Below, one piece after another: positions 58,320-64,000 of a DNA stretch of 64,000 nucleotides. Each line of letters begins with the position of its first letter. Positions within the stretch are counted from its first letter, which is position 1. Position numbers and translations under genes: made by a program. The notes beneath the pieces are model-generated. The model made no database searches. It was given only the letters and a program-made list of their open reading frames with translations, and was not told the DNA's origin. This DNA comes from the human T2T-CHM13v2.0 reference genome, Homo sapiens. Location: NCBI RefSeq assembly GCF_009914755.1, contig NC_060925.1; one strand, given 5' to 3'.

Positions 58320-58560
58320 AATGACAACATTCATTTATCAAGTGCTTACTACATGCCAGACCTGTGCTAGCCATTTTATGTGCATTATGCTACCTAGGAG
58401 AATAATAATTCCTTGCCTTGAAGTATTTCTTATAGGCAGGCATTACTCTGTCCATTTTCCAGAATAAAAGCAGGTAACTTGCATAAGAGCTCATGGCCAC
58501 CAAGGGACAGAGCTGGGATTTGGGCTTGAATCTGTCTGACTCCAAGGCCCAACCACCACT
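58320..58560 (-). mobile_element. MIR
   Basis: catttatcaagtgcttactacatgccag...gagctgggatttgggcttgaatctgtctgactccaag. Confidence 0.75.
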
Positions 58561-59001
58561 CCATAAGGCATCTCCTCAAAGACAGGGTGGCGAGGCACTG
58601 ACCGATGGCCCCTGGGCAACTGGATGACCTGAGTGTTGAAGCCACATGCATCTCTTGAAGTAGAAGCCAAGAGGAGGCTTGTTACATCAGGTAGAAATGA
58701 CTGGCTGAGTAGGAGGAAATCTTGTAGTAATCAGGTATCTGTCTGTGTCTCATTTATGTCAAGCCTTCAGGAATTTGGGACCTGTTGATGTTTCTGAAAG
58801 TCTAGGGTACAGTTAATAAATTCAGCATGCATTAATTCCACACAAGCCATGAAAATATCAGTGAGGCTAAGCAACTACTAACACAAAGTGAGATACTGTG
58901 AGTCACATAACTAGACAAAATCTTTGCATCTCTTTACATCTTGCATTAAATTGTGCACTAAAATACTGTTTAGAAATACTAATGTTTAATTTTTATCTTT
59001 A

Positions 59002-59537
59002 GCACAGGCATGATGGCTCACACCTGTAATCCCAGCACTTTGGGAGGCTGAGGCAGGAGGATCACTTGAGCTCAGGTGATTGGGACCAACGGGGCAACAT
59101 AGTGAGACCTTGTCTGTACAAAAAAATAATTTAGGCTGGGCGCGGTGGCTCACACCTGTAATCCCAGCACTTTGGGAGGCCGAGGCGGGTGGATCATGAA
59201 GTCAGGAGTTCAAGACCAGTCTGGCCAAGATGGTAAAACCCCATCTCTACTAAAAATACAAGCAGAGAATTGCTTGAACCTGGGAGGGGGAGGTTGCAGT
59301 GAGCCGAGATCACACCATTGCACTCCAGCCCGGGTGACGGTGCAAGACTGCATCTCAAAAAAAAAAAATTAAATTAGCTGGGCCTAGTGGTGGACGCCTG
59401 TGGTCTCAGTTAATCAGAGGCTGACATGGGAGGATCACTTGAGCCCAGGAGGTCAACGCTGCAGTGAGGCATGATCATACCACTGAACTCCGGCTTGGAT
59501 GACAGAGTGAGACCCTGTCTCAAAAAAAAAAAAAAAA
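59002..59537 (+). mobile_element. AluJ with an AluS nested in its central A-rich linker (~59134-59370)
   Basis: Left J arm, then ggctgggcgcgg... with its own poly(A), then the right J arm resumes at aattagctgggcc. Confidence 0.88.
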
Positions 59538-61976
59538 GACCACCCACAATTCTTATCTTTAATAGATTTCAAGACCATAGTTGAGTAGAAAGACATGAAA
59601 CATGTCTCTCATTCAGTCAACCTACCTGGGAGCCCTGGCCTTTCAGATCTGGGCATAACCGAGGCACTGTCATCTGCCTGGTGACAGCTTATCCTCATTG
59701 GTGTAAAAGCAGAGGGCGTGATGAATACAAAGCTTGCAGGTCCAGATCCATTGAACAACAGTGCCACCCACACCCCAACATTCATCAGCACACCTGTACT
59801 CACTGACATATGCCAGCACTCGTGAGGAAGGAGGGCTTGTGGCAACCCAAGAGGGAGAAAGATTCAGAGAATACCACTAATGCTATCAGCCAGGGGTCCT
59901 AAGAGAGGCGTTTTCAGTGTTTAGGGCAATGCAGGAATGTTAGAATTTAGCCTCTCTGCAGTTTGTGAGGTCCCATGAGTGACCCGGCCTCACAGGAGCA
60001 CTGGGAACAGACAGAGAAGGAACTGAGAAGATACTGTTACTCCTGAAGCTGAGGAACCTAGGCCAAGACAGCATGGGATTGCAGGATCATAGAGAAGTGG
60101 GAGCATCGGGCACTCAACCCTTTAACCCCTGCATTGCTAAATTTCCTTTGGTGCCCAGGGAGCTACTGGCTGAAAACTGTGGTGGGGCTTCTGAGGTTCC
60201 AAGGAGCTGAAGAGCCACAGAATCCCCCAAGCCCAGCTAGCTCTCCCTGGGTATTCACATTCTTCCTTCAGTCATTAAATGTCTAGAAAAATGAAGGGGG
60301 AGGGGGAAGAGGAGCACAACTCCACTGGGCACTAAATCAAGATTAATGAAGTTCTCACCAGGATTAATTACTCACTCCCTAGTTGCTGTGAGCATAACAT
60401 GGCCATGACCATTTGTAACGGCCAAGTCTGGTTGGAACAACATGGGTGGGCGAGATGGGTGACTTAGGCCTCTCCACACCTAATGTTTGAAAGCAGCTGT
60501 CAAGGGAGCAGCATGAAAGGAAGGTGTCCCTGCAGCCTTGGGTCATTGCTCTGTATTAAAATTCATCTTTTGTTTGTCCCAGTCTGTTCTGATCAATGTG
60601 GGCTCTGACTAATCATACACAGCCATCGGTATCATTGATAAAACAAGGAGAATAACTGATTTAACGACCTGTGGATGGGGCTGGATTCTAAATGTTCACC
60701 ATCCCAAGGCCGCCCAGTGATCTCTGCTGGGTCAGCTGGGCCTGAGTCTGTTCACCTGGTCAGGGTTGATACAGGCGAGGCCAAAGAACCAATCCTTTGT
60801 GATAAGCAGCCCGCCACTCCCATCGGCGATCAGCTAGCCTAATGAAGCAGTCAGACCAGCAAAACTCCCATCTGCACCAGCCTTCAACCCCTGTGAGGGG
60901 CAATAGGGGCCCCTCCTTTTAGAAACAAAGTCATGATCAGCCTTCCCCACCTTTGAGAAAAGAACTCAAAGAGGACTGGGGAAAGCATGAGAACCAGAGG
61001 CAGCCCCTGATCTGTCAAGGCCTTGGAGTTGGAGCCAGAGGGAAGTGCTGCCACTCCTGCCTGCCTGGGACAAGCTCATGGCGGTGGAGGCCAGTCCCCA
61101 GCACAGCACCAGGGCAGCCAACTGTGCATGGGCCAAGGCGGAGAGACCCATTTTTAGCGAGGGAATTTAGGCCGTCAAGATCGACCCTCCCACTGAGGAA
61201 AAAAGTTTGATGAAATACAAAAAGCACCTAAACAGTGTCAAAGACAAGCTAGTGAGGAAATGCTGGGCCCAAATCTAGAAGACAACAAAAACCCAGAGCT
61301 GGAAGTCGCTTTTGCCCTGAGGGCATTTGTCGCTCAGGAGGAAACTGCTGAGAAATTCAGCTTGGCTGGGCTCACTTTTGGCAGCCTCCCAGGCCTAGAG
61401 AAACGAAAGTCAATAATGTCCAGAATCCACCAAGGCAGGCCTTTGATAAACTACCTATTGCTTTAGAATCGACCCCAAAGGGGCTCATCCCTTACATGCA
61501 GAACAAAACCAGATGGGCTTCTAAGCTGACTTCACTCTCTGGCCATGAAAACTTAAGCCCTGAACTTGAATGAAGCTTCCCTGCCCTAAGGATGCCCCCA
61601 GGCACACTGCAGAAGCTAAAAAAATTATCTCTGAATAAAAGAATAAAAATAAAAAAGAAAGAAAAATTTCTCTCCAGGGAAGATAGCAAATGATTTGTCA
61701 AAAACAATGCTTACTACATAATTAAAGGAACTCAGGCACACAAAGAAACAAGACACCTTGAGAAAGAACTGTCAGGAACAACAGATAACAGAAAGAGATC
61801 CACAGGGACTCCAGATAGGGGAACGGCAGGTACTGATTATAAAACAACTATGTTTTCAGTATCAAGTAAATAAAAAGCCAACATCGAAAATTTCAGCAAA
61901 TAGCCAGAAACTGTAAAACGTGCCATATGATAGTTTGAAAACAATAAAATATAAAGCTTATAATTGACAAATGCAA

Positions 61977-62300
61977 TGCTATGGACTGAATGTTTGCGTC
62001 CTCCCAAAATTCATATGTTGAAATTCGTTTAACCCCCAGTGTGATGGTATTTGGAAGTGGGACCTTTGGGAGAGAATTAGGTTTAGATGAGGCCATGAAA
62101 TGGGGGTCCTCTGCCATGGGAAGAGGATGTAGCCAGAAGGCTGACATCTGCGAGCCAGGAAGAGGGCCCTCACCCAGAACCACATCTGCCAGCACCTTGA
62201 TCTTAGACTTCCAGTCTCCGGAACTGTGAGAAATAAAGGTCTGTTGTTTAAGACACCCAGTCTATGGCATTTCATTTTAGCGGCTGGTGCAGACTAATAT
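61977..62300 (+). mobile_element. MaLR solo LTR (MLT1 family)
   Basis: tgctatggactgaatgtttg...cccaaaattcatatgttgaaa...gaactgtgagaaataaa...cccagtctatggcatt...agactaat. Confidence 0.88.
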
Positions 62301-62526
62301 GGTAAGATTGTATGTTATTGTATTTACATACAATAACTGAAAATACAAGTTCAATGAACAGATATAATCTCAAGTTTAACACAGCTGAAGAAGACATTAA
62401 TGAACTGGAAAGCAGATCAGAAGAAATAATCCAGAACACAGTGGTTAAAACTTGGCAGAAGCAGAATAAAGGGTAAAAGAGGATGAGAAGAAAACAGACA
62501 TTTCATTGGAATTACAGGTGGGAAAT

Positions 62527-62913
62527 GAGAGAGGGAGGGAGGGAGGGGGGAGAGAGAGGGGGAGGGAGGGAGGGGGGAGAGAGGGGGAGGGGGGAGAGAG
62601 GGGGAGGGGGGAGAGAGGGGGAGGGAGGGGGGAGAGAGGGGGGAGAGGGGGAGGGAGGGGGGAGGGAGGGGGGAGAGAGAGGGGGAGGGAGGGGGAGAGA
62701 GAGGGGGAGGGAGGGAGGGGGGAGAGAGAGGGGGAGGGAGGGGGGAGAGAGAGGGGGAGGGAGGGGGGAGAGAGAGGGGGAGGGAGGGGGAGGGAGGGGG
62801 GAGAGAGAGGGGGAGGGAGGGGGGAGAGAGAGGGGGAGGGAGGGGGGAGAGAGAGGGGGAGGGAGGGGGGAGAGAGAGGGGGAGGGGGGGAGAGAGAGGG
62901 GGAGGGAGGGAGG

Positions 62914-62946
<33 letters not shown>

Positions 62947-62947
62947 G
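62527..62947. repeat. 421-nt pure polypurine (G/A) tract
   Basis: Only G and A on the + strand; units such as gggagggagggggagagaga, ending in (GA)n. Confidence 0.95.
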
Positions 62948-64000
62948 CTAAGGCAACACTTGAGGAGAGAAAGGCAGAAGATACCCAGACCTGATAGAAT
63001 ATATCAATCCACAGATTCAAGAAACCCAACAAATCCCAAACAGCAAAAAATAAAAAGAAAGTCATGTCTAGACATATCACAGGAAAACTGCAGAAAACTA
63101 AAGAAAAAGTCTTAAAAATGTAGAGCCGAAATAACCAAACTAGCAGCTGGGAGGGCAGTACAGGCTCCAGCTGTCTCACAATATCCAAACGTTTGCTAGT
63201 GTGTAAACTAAATGAAAATATTTTTCATTTCTTGCCCAGAAATCTGGGCTTATGGATGGTGTTATAAGAAAATCTTGGAGATGGGAAACAAAAGAAAATA
63301 ACATATTAGCCATCCTCCAAGTGTAGATGGTGGGCTTGGGTTTACTGAACATTTTAATAAATCATCTGAAAAGGGGAAAATGTCTGAACTATAAGTACTA
63401 TTAAGTCTTCAAGAATAAACAGCAAGACCCTGTGTGGCAGGTCAGCTTCAGCGTTGGAACATGTAAGTTAAAAGGTACGTGAAAATGGACCCAACGATAT
63501 AATAAAATCATGGGCCTGGACCCTCAGTTACATTGCAGGAAAGAATCAGTAATTCACATCTAAATCAGGCCCAAACAAACCAAAAATGTATCAATGTTCT
63601 GTGTCCATACTCTGAAAAGTTTGGAGTGAGTTTTGACTCAACAAGTACTTTTCCTCCCTGAATGGATCCAATGAGATGGATGTTTCTGTGTCACGAAGAT
63701 CGATGCTCACCCACATCCTTAGGTCCCAACAGCTCCAGTTGAAGGGACACATTACCCAGGGAATGAGGCCATAGTTACCTTGGGGTGACCTCCAGGAAGA
63801 CTTGCCCGCACACCCAGCTCCTTTCCTTGCCCTGGACAGCCCCAGCTGCCGGCACACCCCTTGCAGATTTACTACTCTGTTCCCATGGCTGTCTCCAGCC
63901 ACCTCTAGTTTCTCAGCCTTTAATGCATTTTCTACATCTGTACAAGATTTATTCGAGGCAGGGAGATTTATTTAGCACATTTATGCTCAACAGAGAAGAC

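Larger units (their letters stand above)
61600..63140 (+). mobile_element. Ancient L1 5'/ORF1-region remnant (L1M/HAL1-like), interrupted by an MLT1 LTR and a GA tract
   Basis: acagctgaagaagacattaatgaactggaa...tcagaagaaataatccaga...atcaatccacagattcaagaa...tctagacatatcac...aaactgcagaaaactaaag. Confidence 0.65.

Noticed and set aside
62445-63188. Pro/Ser/Leu- and Gly/Glu/Arg-rich ORFs
   Set aside because: Translations of the polypurine tract.

Overview
Primate (human-like) euchromatic DNA, GC-rich and dense in Alu, MIR, L2, L3, L1, MaLR and MER repeats. I find no credible protein-coding exon: the long ORFs come from an L1 ORF2 fragment, Alus, simple repeats or the GC-rich island. The centre (~32.0-34.3 kb) is a CpG-island promoter. 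It contains a probable non-coding first exon on the minus strand (~33.3 kb down to 33058, donor AGG|GTAAGA). That would make the left half a long first intron (>33 kb) and the right half upstream regulatory DNA. I cannot name the gene with confidence. The most interesting sequence-level observations are: (1) co-oriented CTCF-consensus motifs, including a tandem triplet at ~51.1 kb; (2) a homeodomain/E-box motif cluster at ~44 kb; (3) a perfect DR3 nuclear-receptor element created by a duplication inside an Alu; (4) a twin-primed, 5'-inverted L1PA; (5) a 1.3 kb TG-rich array with 72-bp units; (6) a 421-nt pure-purine tract; (7) two Alus with target-site duplications (TSDs) but almost no poly(A) tail. 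I see no evidence for a new coding system. Repeat boundaries and subfamilies were assigned by eye and are approximate.
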